Source: an uncultured bacterium
Lineage (GTDB): Bacteria; Oederibacteriota; PGYV01; CAWJRG01
Assembly (NCBI GenBank): GCA_963845185.1
Contig: CAWJRG010000010.1
Location: 480,001 to 544,000 of the forward strand
Direction of reading: 5' to 3'
Length of the DNA stretch: 64,000 bases
Positions 15,196-24,400 of the stretch are shown in pieces. Both the position numbers and the translations under genes were made by a program. The notes under the pieces are model-generated. The model was given only the letters and a program-made list of their open reading frames with translations. It did no database searches and had not been told where the DNA came from. How positions within the stretch are numbered: position 1 is the first letter of the stretch; every line of letters starts with the position of its first letter.

Positions 15196-17673
15196 TTAAA
15201 AATAGTCCTTTACTTCCGCGTATACTTCCCAGCCGTTGAAATTATTTGCCGGAACCTCGCTGTCCTTGTGCGTAAATTCCTTCAGCCTTAAATATAGCGA
15301 TGCCCTTGAGCCGAAATCATAGTCAAACCCTGTTCCGTACGCTGTGTCAAGGTAATCAATCCCGTAAGGAATTACATTGTTCGACGCCCATCTTTCCACT
15401 GCGTAAAAACCGATTAAATTAACGCTGTTTATTATATTATACGCGAGGCACCCTGAAGTTATGTTCTGGCATAAAAGCCTGTTGGGGTTATAATCCACCA
15501 TTAAGCTGGCGTCATTGTTTAACGTGGTCAATTCGCTGTAAACCATGAGTAAAACATCCCTGTTGTATTTTATCAGCTTGTTGAGTTCATACCTGAAATC
15601 AAGCGTCAGATTGTTATAAAACTTATCGGTATTGCCGGTTACCGCGCTTGAAACCATGTATTCGGTGTTTGATTCCCATATAGCAGTCGCCAGTCCTCCC
15701 TTATTAAAATGAATAATCTGGTTTGTTAAGAGAGTATTGTCGGCAGTAGGCGCTATTCCGTACCTGTTTTTGTTATAATTTAAAAACGGCTGGTAAATAT
15801 TGCTCCCCAGCCATCCGTAATTGCTTCCAAGGAAGTTAAAATATACGGCTCCATCCCTGACATCCCCGTTTAAAAAGTGCGTTGAAAAGAACATGTTGCC
15901 CGTATCTTTGAGCTGGCTCGATACCCCGTAATTCAGCATGAACATGCCGTTTGGTATATTCACTTTCACGGTTGCCTCAATCTTATTTTCATTGTTTGAC
16001 ATTGTCGTAGGATCCTGGGCAGAAGTAATGTTTTTTATGTCTACCTGGTTTGTCGTATGATTTATCTCTTCATAAGTCGTATTATTGACGCCTGAGCCAG
16101 CCGAAAAATAATCAGAGTCTATCCTTGTGTATCTTAATTCAAGTTCCATGTTTTTTACCGGCAGCGCGGGAAACGCGTCTATAAAAAGAGCGCTCCCTGT
16201 CTGTGTAAAAGGCTTTACCGGGACAGCATTCCAGTTGTCATAAAAATCGGGATCGTTCGCGCATTTTCCGTAATTATTCGCTATTGCGAATTCTACGTTT
16301 GTTTTCATTAACTTTATCACATTGGTTTTTACGCTTGCGCCTGCCACGGTGTTGGCTATAGTAGAGTCAGTCGGCTGCCCGCTTGGCGCCCCGGCGTATA
16401 TCTCACTTTTTTCATTTGATTGATTGTAAAAATTAAGCGACCAATCCGTGTCATAAAGTCCGGGCAGGTTTTGCCTGCGGGTCAACTGGCCGGCGTATTC
16501 ATAAAGAAAATTCTGGTTATAAGTTACTTTGCCGGCCATCAGCTTGAGCTGGCCGAGCCCGAAGAAATTGCTGTTTAAAACATCCGCTCCCATCCACGGG
16601 TGCATGGACCATCTATCATCCAGATGTATAGAGTAATTGTGTATAAGGTTCTCGAAATGATCCTTTGTTTTTTCCTCACCGGCATAGATGTCCCTGTCAA
16701 AAATTATAGGCCTCAATGTTATGCCGGACGAAACGGTAAATAAACTTACGTTATCCCAGAACATTCCTGCAGTTATTTTCCAGTTGTACAAAGTAAGAGA
16801 TACGGTGGAAGTGTTGTAATTTCCATTGGCACGCGGGTCTGAAGTTCCGCCTTCTCCTACATTATATCCAAGAGATAATTCAACATTATCCATGGGCGTA
16901 CTGTCTATGGTCATGCCAAGGATGGTGCTGAGAGCCGATATGCGCATATTGCTCGCGCCGGATGATTCCATGTCCGTCCACCTTGATGTTAAATTGCCTG
17001 TTATCTTTAACGGCGGCTGGTCTGAGAAAACCGTATTTTTAAAATCATTTTCTATGTCTCCGATTTCCGCAAGCAGCGCTTCCACGCTTTCGCTGAACTT
17101 GTCTGTTTCCGGCTGGTTAATATATTTTTCCGTATCCGGCAGCTCGCTGAGTTCATTCGCGAACCTGCCGGCGTAAGCTGTAAGCGTGTCGCTGTACTCT
17201 GCCCCTGCCTGCCGGCTTACGGCTTGAGCCGTACCCGGTGTGGCTGCACGGGAAGAATTTTTGACTGCTTCCGATATATACACGGCAGCTTCTTTATTTG
17301 TTATGGCGTTGAGCTTGAAATATTTCGAATCTTCGGATTTTATCAGGCCGTCATTTGCCATATTGGAAAAGTCCGTATAAATCCTGTCTGATTGCGGGAT
17401 TATTAATTCATTTTTAGGCAAAACCGCAATTGTTGCAGCCGGTACCGGGGTTATTGCAATCACCGGGGTTGGCGGCGCTGTTGGTGTTTCTATCATTGTG
17501 TGCGCGGGCTTTATCCGCGCCTTTCTGTGTTTCTGCTTTACCACAGTTACCGGAGTTTGAATTGTTATGATGGTTGGGGTTGTTGCGGGTGTTGGATTTT
17601 TTTTCTTCGAACATGCAGTCGTAAATAAAATACCTATAAGAATTATTACGGCAACCGTAAACAATTTTTTCAT
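15196..17673 (-). CDS. Putative lipidated outer-membrane beta-barrel with Pro/Thr linker and SLH-like/coiled-coil region
   Basis: Lipobox FTTAC; IYTDFSNMANDGLI...ITNKEAAVYISEA; beta-strand C-terminus ending WEVYAEVKDYF. Confidence 0.68.
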   Translation of the reverse strand: MKKLFTVAVIILIGILFTTACSKKKNPTPATTPTIITIQTPVTVVKQKHRKARIKPAHTMIETPTAPPTPVIAITPVPAATIAVLPKNELIIPQSDRIYTDFSNMANDGLIKSEDSKYFKLNAITNKEAAVYISEAVKNSSRAATPGTAQAVSRQAGAEYSDTLTAYAGRFANELSELPDTEKYINQPETDKFSESVEALLAEIGDIENDFKNTVFSDQPPLKITGNLTSRWTDMESSGASNMRISALSTILGMTIDSTPMDNVELSLGYNVGEGGTSDPRANGNYNTSTVSLTLYNWKITAGMFWDNVSLFTVSSGITLRPIIFDRDIYAGEEKTKDHFENLIHNYSIHLDDRWSMHPWMGADVLNSNFFGLGQLKLMAGKVTYNQNFLYEYAGQLTRRQNLPGLYDTDWSLNFYNQSNEKSEIYAGAPSGQPTDSTIANTVAGASVKTNVIKLMKTNVEFAIANNYGKCANDPDFYDNWNAVPVKPFTQTGSALFIDAFPALPVKNMELELRYTRIDSDYFSAGSGVNNTTYEEINHTTNQVDIKNITSAQDPTTMSNNENKIEATVKVNIPNGMFMLNYGVSSQLKDTGNMFFSTHFLNGDVRDGAVYFNFLGSNYGWLGSNIYQPFLNYNKNRYGIAPTADNTLLTNQIIHFNKGGLATAIWESNTEYMVSSAVTGNTDKFYNNLTLDFRYELNKLIKYNRDVLLMVYSELTTLNNDASLMVDYNPNRLLCQNITSGCLAYNIINSVNLIGFYAVERWASNNVIPYGIDYLDTAYGTGFDYDFGSRASLYLRLKEFTHKDSEVPANNFNGWEVYAEVKDYF

Positions 17674-17854
17674 TTATAATAACTCCTGTTCAAATCAGTC
17701 ATAAAAAAAAGGATTTTATGCTTTATTTTAATCCCTTAATTTTTTAAATTATAAACCCAAGCCGTTGATACAGGTATGTCTTCTTTCTTCATTAATCCCT
17801 TTCCCTGTATTTTAAGCCGGTTAAATTCTTTAAATTAGAACCACATTCCCTGTA

Positions 17855-17882
17855 ATTATAAATGATATTATATTTATGTCAA
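17855..17882 (-). promoter_or_regulatory. sigma70-type promoter for the leftward glycan operon
   Basis: TTGACA-16 nt-TATAAT on the minus strand. Confidence 0.6.
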
Positions 17883-17965
17883 TAAAATTTATCGGAAAAT
17901 TGCCAAAATTTAGCTTGACTGAATCAGCAAATCATTATAGCTTGTTTAAAAAAAATAAACAAATT

Positions 17966-18036
17966 GTAGGGACGATTCGCGAATCGCCCAAAAACAAAGA
18001 AAATAAAAACCAGGGTAATTCATGAATTACCCCTGC
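17966..18036. repeat. Inverted doublet of GTAG-type REP-like palindromes
   Basis: GTAGGGACGATTCGCGAATCGCCC and, inverted, GCAGGGGTAATTCATGAATTACCC. Confidence 0.65.
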
Positions 18037-18059
18037 AAAAATTAAACGAGGAGGCAGTT

Positions 18060-19718
18060 ATGAAATTTAATAGCAGGGATTTAATTTTTAAAACCATTTT
18101 TTTATTTGTTTTATTCTTTGCATTTTCAATCACAGGTTTTTGCGCTGTGGCTGACATCAGCATAAACGCTGACAAGGCAATACGTGTGTTGCCAAACGAG
18201 CTTTTCGGTCAGAATATGGCGGTATGGGAAAAAACAGGCGACGGTTCAGACCCGGGTTATATAGACGCGGTCAAGGCTATGCAGTGCGCCATTGTCAGGT
18301 TCCCTGGCGGCAGTTACGCTGATATTGTTGACTGGGAGAACATACCCCAGTGCAAACTGTCATGGGTGCCGGTGACAATGCAAAAAGGCATTGCCTTTGC
18401 CAGGGCCTGCGGCATACAAATGCAGATAATAGTTAATTACGCCGGCAACTGGTGCGACAAGGACCAGGGCCATGACGCAGCCGTGAAAAAAGCCGCGGAC
18501 TGGGTGAAATACATGAACGTTACCAACGGCGGCGCTTATCCCGTGAAATACTGGGAAATAGGCAACGAGACTTTCGGCAGCGGTGAAAGCGGATTCTGGA
18601 GCGACGACGAGGAGGGCGGCACGCGCTACGGCAACTATTTCGTGGACTTTTATAAAGCCATGAAAAAAGTGGACCCGAAAATACAGATAGGCGCCCAGTG
18701 CCAGTTTGACCATGCAGGTTTCACCAAAGGCGAGCTCGAGGCCCTGAAAGCCAAAAAAGTCGTCCCTGACTTTTTTATAATCCATGTTTACACCATCTGG
18801 CTGACTGACAGGTTAAAGGGAATGTCTTGGGACTCTACCCTTTACGCGTCAAACCCTGTGCTGGACGCCAGGATAATGGACAATGTAGCTCAGGGTATTT
18901 CAATCACCACCCAGACTGACCAGCTTGTGGAAAAATACTTCGGCAAAAAATACGTTGGAAAAATACCGTACTGGTGCACTGAGTGGCGTTCAATACTGGA
19001 TTACAAGTTTGACGAGTTTGTGGACACTATGTTCTCCGCACAGTTTCTGCTCGAGATGGGCAGGCTTGGCTGGCAGGGCGCAAATATATGGGATTTAAAA
19101 AACGGATTTGACGTGAAAAAGGGATGTGACTTTGGCCTGCTCCGCACAGGCGTGAACAAGGACGTTGCGGACGACAATCCAATAGACAGCCCGCGCCCTA
19201 CATATTATATATTCCCTTACCTGTCACGCGTGTTCGGCAGGCAGATGGTCGAGTGTACAGCGCCTGCATACGTGCCGAACGCAGTTCCCGGAAAATACCC
19301 GGTTGACTGGAACCTGAACACAGTTACAGGCAACAGGATCCGAGCGTGGGCTTCAAAGGATGCATCCGGTAACCTGACTATCTTTGTGGCAAATAATGAT
19401 TCCAATAATAGCGCGACCGCAAACATCACGATAAACGGATTTAACGCGGACAAGCAGGGGAAAATATGGCTTTTTGAGCCCTCGGGAAACACTTATTACG
19501 GCAGCGACAAGCCTGTCCTGCAGCGCACGCATTTGAAAATAAACGGCAGCGAAGACCCGTCCATCAGTTCCCTGCCCGGTGACGGCAAGACCATAGATAC
19601 CGGGAATGTTTTCAAGGTTGATTTGCCTGCTGCTTCAATGGCGCTTATAAAGGTCCCGGCTGCCCCTGTTCCCACACCGGCTTCCGCGCCAGAATCAGTA
19701 ACCAAACCAGCGAAATAA
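18060..19718 (+). CDS. Secreted clan GH-A glycoside hydrolase (GH51-like)
   Basis: Signal peptide; IVRFPGGSYAD, VKYWEIGNE (acid/base), WCTEW (nucleophile); C-terminal beta-sandwich (LPAASMALIKV). Family uncertain. Confidence 0.75.
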   Translation: MKFNSRDLIFKTIFLFVLFFAFSITGFCAVADISINADKAIRVLPNELFGQNMAVWEKTGDGSDPGYIDAVKAMQCAIVRFPGGSYADIVDWENIPQCKLSWVPVTMQKGIAFARACGIQMQIIVNYAGNWCDKDQGHDAAVKKAADWVKYMNVTNGGAYPVKYWEIGNETFGSGESGFWSDDEEGGTRYGNYFVDFYKAMKKVDPKIQIGAQCQFDHAGFTKGELEALKAKKVVPDFFIIHVYTIWLTDRLKGMSWDSTLYASNPVLDARIMDNVAQGISITTQTDQLVEKYFGKKYVGKIPYWCTEWRSILDYKFDEFVDTMFSAQFLLEMGRLGWQGANIWDLKNGFDVKKGCDFGLLRTGVNKDVADDNPIDSPRPTYYIFPYLSRVFGRQMVECTAPAYVPNAVPGKYPVDWNLNTVTGNRIRAWASKDASGNLTIFVANNDSNNSATANITINGFNADKQGKIWLFEPSGNTYYGSDKPVLQRTHLKINGSEDPSISSLPGDGKTIDTGNVFKVDLPAASMALIKVPAAPVPTPASAPESVTKPAK

Positions 19719-19747
19719 TCTTATAAAATAAAAAGAGACGGGACCAG

Positions 19748-21361
19748 GAGTCTGTCTCAAAACTCTTTTAAACGCCTTGCATTGCCTACACTTATCGCGT
19801 TTTTTAGCCCCTATCTTTATTATTTCTCTTCTTTTCGATTTGTGGTTCTTTTCTTGTCAGGTTGCGAACCTTAATTTAACCTTACCTTCCCTCCACAAGG
19901 CATACATTGTCTTTATGTTATGGGCGGCGCATATAAAAGACCATTGTGTTTTTACGCTTTCGATTCCTCTAACACTAAATCTTGTAAAACCAAGTACGTT
20001 TTTTATACGTCCCAATAATGGCTCAACTATTGTTTTTCTCTTTCGAAGCTGTTCTTTCCAGTTATTGACCCTAGCTTCTTCTCTGTATATTGACACTATC
20101 TCCTCATACTCATGCTTATTTGCTTCTATTATCCTTCCGGATTTTACCTTGCTGCATTCGTATTTATAAATACAATCCCTATGATCCCCGCATCGGTATA
20201 TCATTGTCTCTTTTCCGTTTTTCTTCTTCCTTATACTGGTATATTCAAGCCTGCCATTTTTAGGACATACATATTCGTTTTTTTCTTTGTCGTATTTAAA
20301 ATGCGCTTTGCCATACGGCCTATCGCTGTCATCCTCCGGCAAGTTAACAATTATATTCCTTTTTTCTTCTTTGGCTTTTGCCAGTTCTTCCGGTGAATAA
20401 TACCCTCCATCCGCAAGCGTTACTCCTGATTTTTGTCCGGTATTCGACTCTGCTTTTTCTATCATATCATTCAGCATGTGAGCATCCGATTCCTTGTTTG
20501 TCACATTCTCTGCCACAATTATCTGTTTCTTTGCGTCCACAACAACCTGTGAGTTATATGCCTGTTGCAGTCCTTTACCTCTTGTCATCATGAACCGGCT
20601 GTCTCTATCTGTGGGGTTTTCAGTTGTTTTTCCTTCACTTTTCATACGTTCTATATGTTCTCTTATTACCTGACGCAGTTTCTCCTTTTCCTGCAATTCT
20701 TTTGGCATTCCGCACTTACTTTTGCCCTCTTCATCGTCTTGTTCGTCATTTTTCTCAATTTCCACCATTATTTTGTCTATTTCTCTGTCTAATTCTTGTA
20801 TTTTTTTATTCATGTCTTTTATTGTTTTGGTCTTTTCCTTATTTACATCTGCCTGTATTTTTGTGCCGTCCACGGCTTGAATTTCAAAACCAACCAAATT
20901 GTTGTTTGTTGCCACACGCACCGTCTCCTTCAGTAAAACCCTTATCTGCTCTTTATTTCCTTTAAAAAATCTCCATAGCGTATTATGGTCGGGATGATTA
21001 TTCCCGGTTATCCATATCATCCCCATTGAATCGTAAGTCATTTTTTCAACTTTTCTGCTGCTCTTTTTTCCTTCCAGTATGCCGTACATCCATGCCCCAA
21101 GTAAAAGATCTACAAAATATCCCGGTCTTCCGGTTTCTTCTTCCATTTTAAAACCCATCTCTTCAAGCGGTAATTCTTCTACGAATTCTACGACAAATCG
21201 AGCTAAATGATCTTTTGAAACCCAATCTTCTATTGCCGGTGGCAGTAGATACATTTGATTTCTATCGGCTCTTATCGTTGGCATTTGGTTTCTCCTTCGC
21301 TAAATTTTGAAACCATTATACCATTTATGTCAAAGAATTAAGAGGCTTTTGAGACAGACTC
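19748..21361 (-). mobile_element. IS1182-family insertion sequence
   Basis: Terminal IRs GAGTCTGTCTCAAAA / TTTTGAGACAGACTC; 4-bp direct repeat CCAG at 19744-19747 and 21362-21365; intact transposase. Confidence 0.92.
19857..21284 (-). CDS. IS1182-family DDE transposase
   Basis: LLPPAIEDWV...H, SSRKVE, PDHNTLWRF, AVDGTKI, TDRDSRFM, AYNSQ, LADGGY, RKTIVEP..G.IK. Confidence 0.93.
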   Translation of the reverse strand: MPTIRADRNQMYLLPPAIEDWVSKDHLARFVVEFVEELPLEEMGFKMEEETGRPGYFVDLLLGAWMYGILEGKKSSRKVEKMTYDSMGMIWITGNNHPDHNTLWRFFKGNKEQIRVLLKETVRVATNNNLVGFEIQAVDGTKIQADVNKEKTKTIKDMNKKIQELDREIDKIMVEIEKNDEQDDEEGKSKCGMPKELQEKEKLRQVIREHIERMKSEGKTTENPTDRDSRFMMTRGKGLQQAYNSQVVVDAKKQIIVAENVTNKESDAHMLNDMIEKAESNTGQKSGVTLADGGYYSPEELAKAKEEKRNIIVNLPEDDSDRPYGKAHFKYDKEKNEYVCPKNGRLEYTSIRKKKNGKETMIYRCGDHRDCIYKYECSKVKSGRIIEANKHEYEEIVSIYREEARVNNWKEQLRKRKTIVEPLLGRIKNVLGFTRFSVRGIESVKTQWSFICAAHNIKTMYALWREGKVKLRFAT

Positions 21362-21498
21362 CCAGTGCCGTCTCTTTTTTTATATCAACTATTTATTTAA
21401 AGATAAAGAACCGTCGTAGTAATATCTTGTTGTTATGTCTTCCCACACTGTTATGCGTCTCCTTATGTAATTCAGCAAGATATGATATTTTATTGCAA

Positions 21499-24400
21499 CT
21501 ATTTAAATATTATTATGCACTTTATTTTTGAACGGGCTTTTCTGCCGTTCACGCCTGATGCTTCTATATAATAATAGCACGAACTGCTCGCGAAGCTGTT
21601 AAACTGGCTTACGTCTTCAGGTTTTATTTTTAATCCTGCAGTATCATAACCGCTCAGCTGTATCCTCTTTACAAGCCTGTAAGATTGGGTATATATCATC
21701 ATGTATGCGTCGTTTACATCCTGTGTTAAATAATATGACACCATAAAATTCCCGCCTCTTTGCACTAAAATCGGGTTCGGATAAACCTTCTGGTCATTTA
21801 CCTCAAAAGAAGATTGCGTGGCTGCAGTTGTCGGCGTAACTGTCACAACAATGCTTTGTGTTGCCGAAGGTACTGTGCCAGTTGCCGTCTGTGTCTCAGA
21901 AGGGGTCAAAGTCAGTGTCATAGTCGCTGTATAAGAATATGTTCCGGTCATGGTCTGTGAAATTGTAGCAGTATAAGAATATGTTTCCGTAATAGTCGCA
22001 GTTCCGGTAAATGAACTTGTCGGGGTGGAACTGTATGTCTGCGTATATGTCGGCGTGATTGTAAAGGTTCCCGTCGGCGTCATGGAAGACGTGCGTGTCA
22101 TAATAAACGTCTTTGTCATTGTCTCGGTCATTGTCACCGTATAAGTATCTGTCGGCGTCGAAGTATTTGTTCCTGTTGCCGTGCTTGTGTCAGTCGCTGT
22201 GGGAGTGCCTGTAAGTGTTATTGTCCATGTCGGCGTCTCTGTATAGGTTGGCGTCTCGGACACGATTGGGCTTTCCGTGCTTGTCGGCGATATTGTGAAT
22301 GTGTCAGTCGGGCTGCAGACCTCTGTTTCCGTCGGCGTCGGCGTCTCTGTATAGGTAGGCGTCTCGGACACGATCGGGCTTTCCGTGCTTGTCGGCGATA
22401 TTGTGAATGTATAAGTCGGGCTGCAGACTTCTGTTTCTGTAACAGTCAAAGTATAGGTAGGCGTCTCGGACACAATTGGGCTTTCCGTGCTTGTCGGCGA
22501 TATTGTGAATGTACCAGTCGGGCTGCAGACCTCTGTTTCTGTTGACGTCGGCGTCTCCGTATAGGTCGGCGTCTCGGACACAACCGGGCTTTCTGTTTCC
22601 GTCTGGGTCTCTGTCGCCGTATATGTTGGGCTGTCAAACTCGGTTTCAGTTGCAGTCGGCGTATATGTATAGGTTGGCGTTTCTGATAAAACCGGGCTCT
22701 CTGTTTCCGTCTGGGTCGCCGTCGGCGTATATGTGGGGCTGCAAACCCCGGTTTCGGTTACCGTCAAGGTTTCTGTCGCTGTATATGTTTCTGTGGGAGG
22801 CGGAGTACTCGTCACTGTTCCTGTGTTTGTGGCTGTTGCCGTCGGCACTATTACAGATATGTCGTCCACATACCATCCGCGGAAATCATTTGCGTAACCG
22901 TCCACCGAATCAAATTCAAACCTGAACATGACATCCTGCCCGGCATAGGCGCTTAGCGGTATGGCAACCTGGTACCATACGTCTTCTGTGCCGTAAAGGT
23001 TGTCTATTTTTACCCAGCTTGCGCCCATGTCCGTGGAAATATAAATGTTCCTTAAGTCATAATCCGGCGAATCCTCGGTTTCTTCCCAGCTTAAGAAAGT
23101 CAGGTATGACCCGGCCTGTATATTGTAATAAGCCTGGGTTATCATGCTGCCGTATGTCCTGTCCCCTGTGTCGTAAGTAAGGGTTGAATCAATGCCGTAG
23201 TACCATACCAGCGGGCTCGTGGACGGGTCTCCCCCGGGCGCCTCGCTGTCCGGCACCTGGTGCCACAGCCCTAAAATTATCACGGTTGACGTGCATGTCG
23301 GGGTGTACGTGGGCGTGCTGGACATCGTGCTTGTAATGCTTGGCGTAAATGTCGGCGTCCATGTAAGTGTGCTGGACATTGTGCCTGTAACGCTCGGCGT
23401 TATTGAAGAAGTCAATGTGCGCGTATTTGTGGCCGAAACATATACCGTACTGGTGCTGGTGCCGGTAAATGTGCCTGTCGGCGTAATGGTCGGCGTCGGG
23501 CCTGCCAGTGTAATGTCGTCCAGGTACCATCCGCGGTAATCGTTTGCATAGGCGTCCACCGTGTCAAACGTAAATTTAAACCTGACGTTCTGGCCAACGT
23601 ATGCGGACAGGTCTATGGTCACCTGGTGCCAGACATTTTCAATGCCGAAAAGGTTGTATATCTGCGCCCAGGTTGTGCCACCGTCAGTTGAAATATAAAC
23701 ATTCCTCGTGTCATAATACGGCGAATTTTCAGTCTGTTCCCAGCTTAAAAAAGTCAGGCTTGAGCCCGGTGCGATGTTGTAATAAACCGGCCCTATAAGG
23801 TCGCCCGTGTTTCTCGCTCCTGTGTCATAGGTCAGGGTTGAATCCAGGCCGTAATACCACGAATCCGGGCTTGGAGATGTCCTGCCCGGCGGTGTCTGGC
23901 TGTCCGGCACCTGGTGCCACAGTCCTGTTGCTGTATAGCTTCCGCCTATGGGAGTTATTGTAAATGTCGGCGATATTGTGCTCGTACGGGTGATTGTCAT
24001 TGTCGGCGTATTTGAATATGTAACCGTCATGGTGTACTGGGAATATGATACCTTGTCTATCCAGCCGCAGTCGCTGCCAGCATCACCGGAAGCGTCCTTG
24101 GTATACATCCACCTTATAACATGGTCGCCCGCCCCAAGCGTATATGTCTGTAAAGTCCACCCGGCTTCGCCTGAAATAGAGCTGGTCAGCACGCCGTCTA
24201 TGAAAAGCTCCAGGTAATCGCTGTTCAGTTGCGAGGAAACCTTCCAGTAAAAGCTCAGGTTTCCCGGCCCTGCATAGTCTGTCTCCACATAGCTGTACTG
24301 GCTTGCCGTAACATGGCCGCTCTGCCCGGCTGAGCCGCCGTAGTAATAAGTGGACGCCTCTCCAAACCACGCGGCTGCGCCGTAGCTTGAAAAAACCGTG

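Larger units (their letters stand above)
19730..21378. terminator. Bidirectional intrinsic terminator split by the IS1182 insertion
   Basis: Reconstructed empty site AAAAAGAGACGG-GACCAGTG-CCGTCTCTTTTT between convergent genes. Confidence 0.75.

Noticed and set aside
21380..21460. Minus-strand peptide ...EDITTRYYYDG resembling an RHS/YD fragment
   Set aside because: Too short, no start codon, could be chance.
22215..22770. Regularly spaced repeats resembling a CRISPR array or DGR template
   Set aside because: They are in-frame coding repeats without unique spacers; no cas or reverse transcriptase gene is present in the window.
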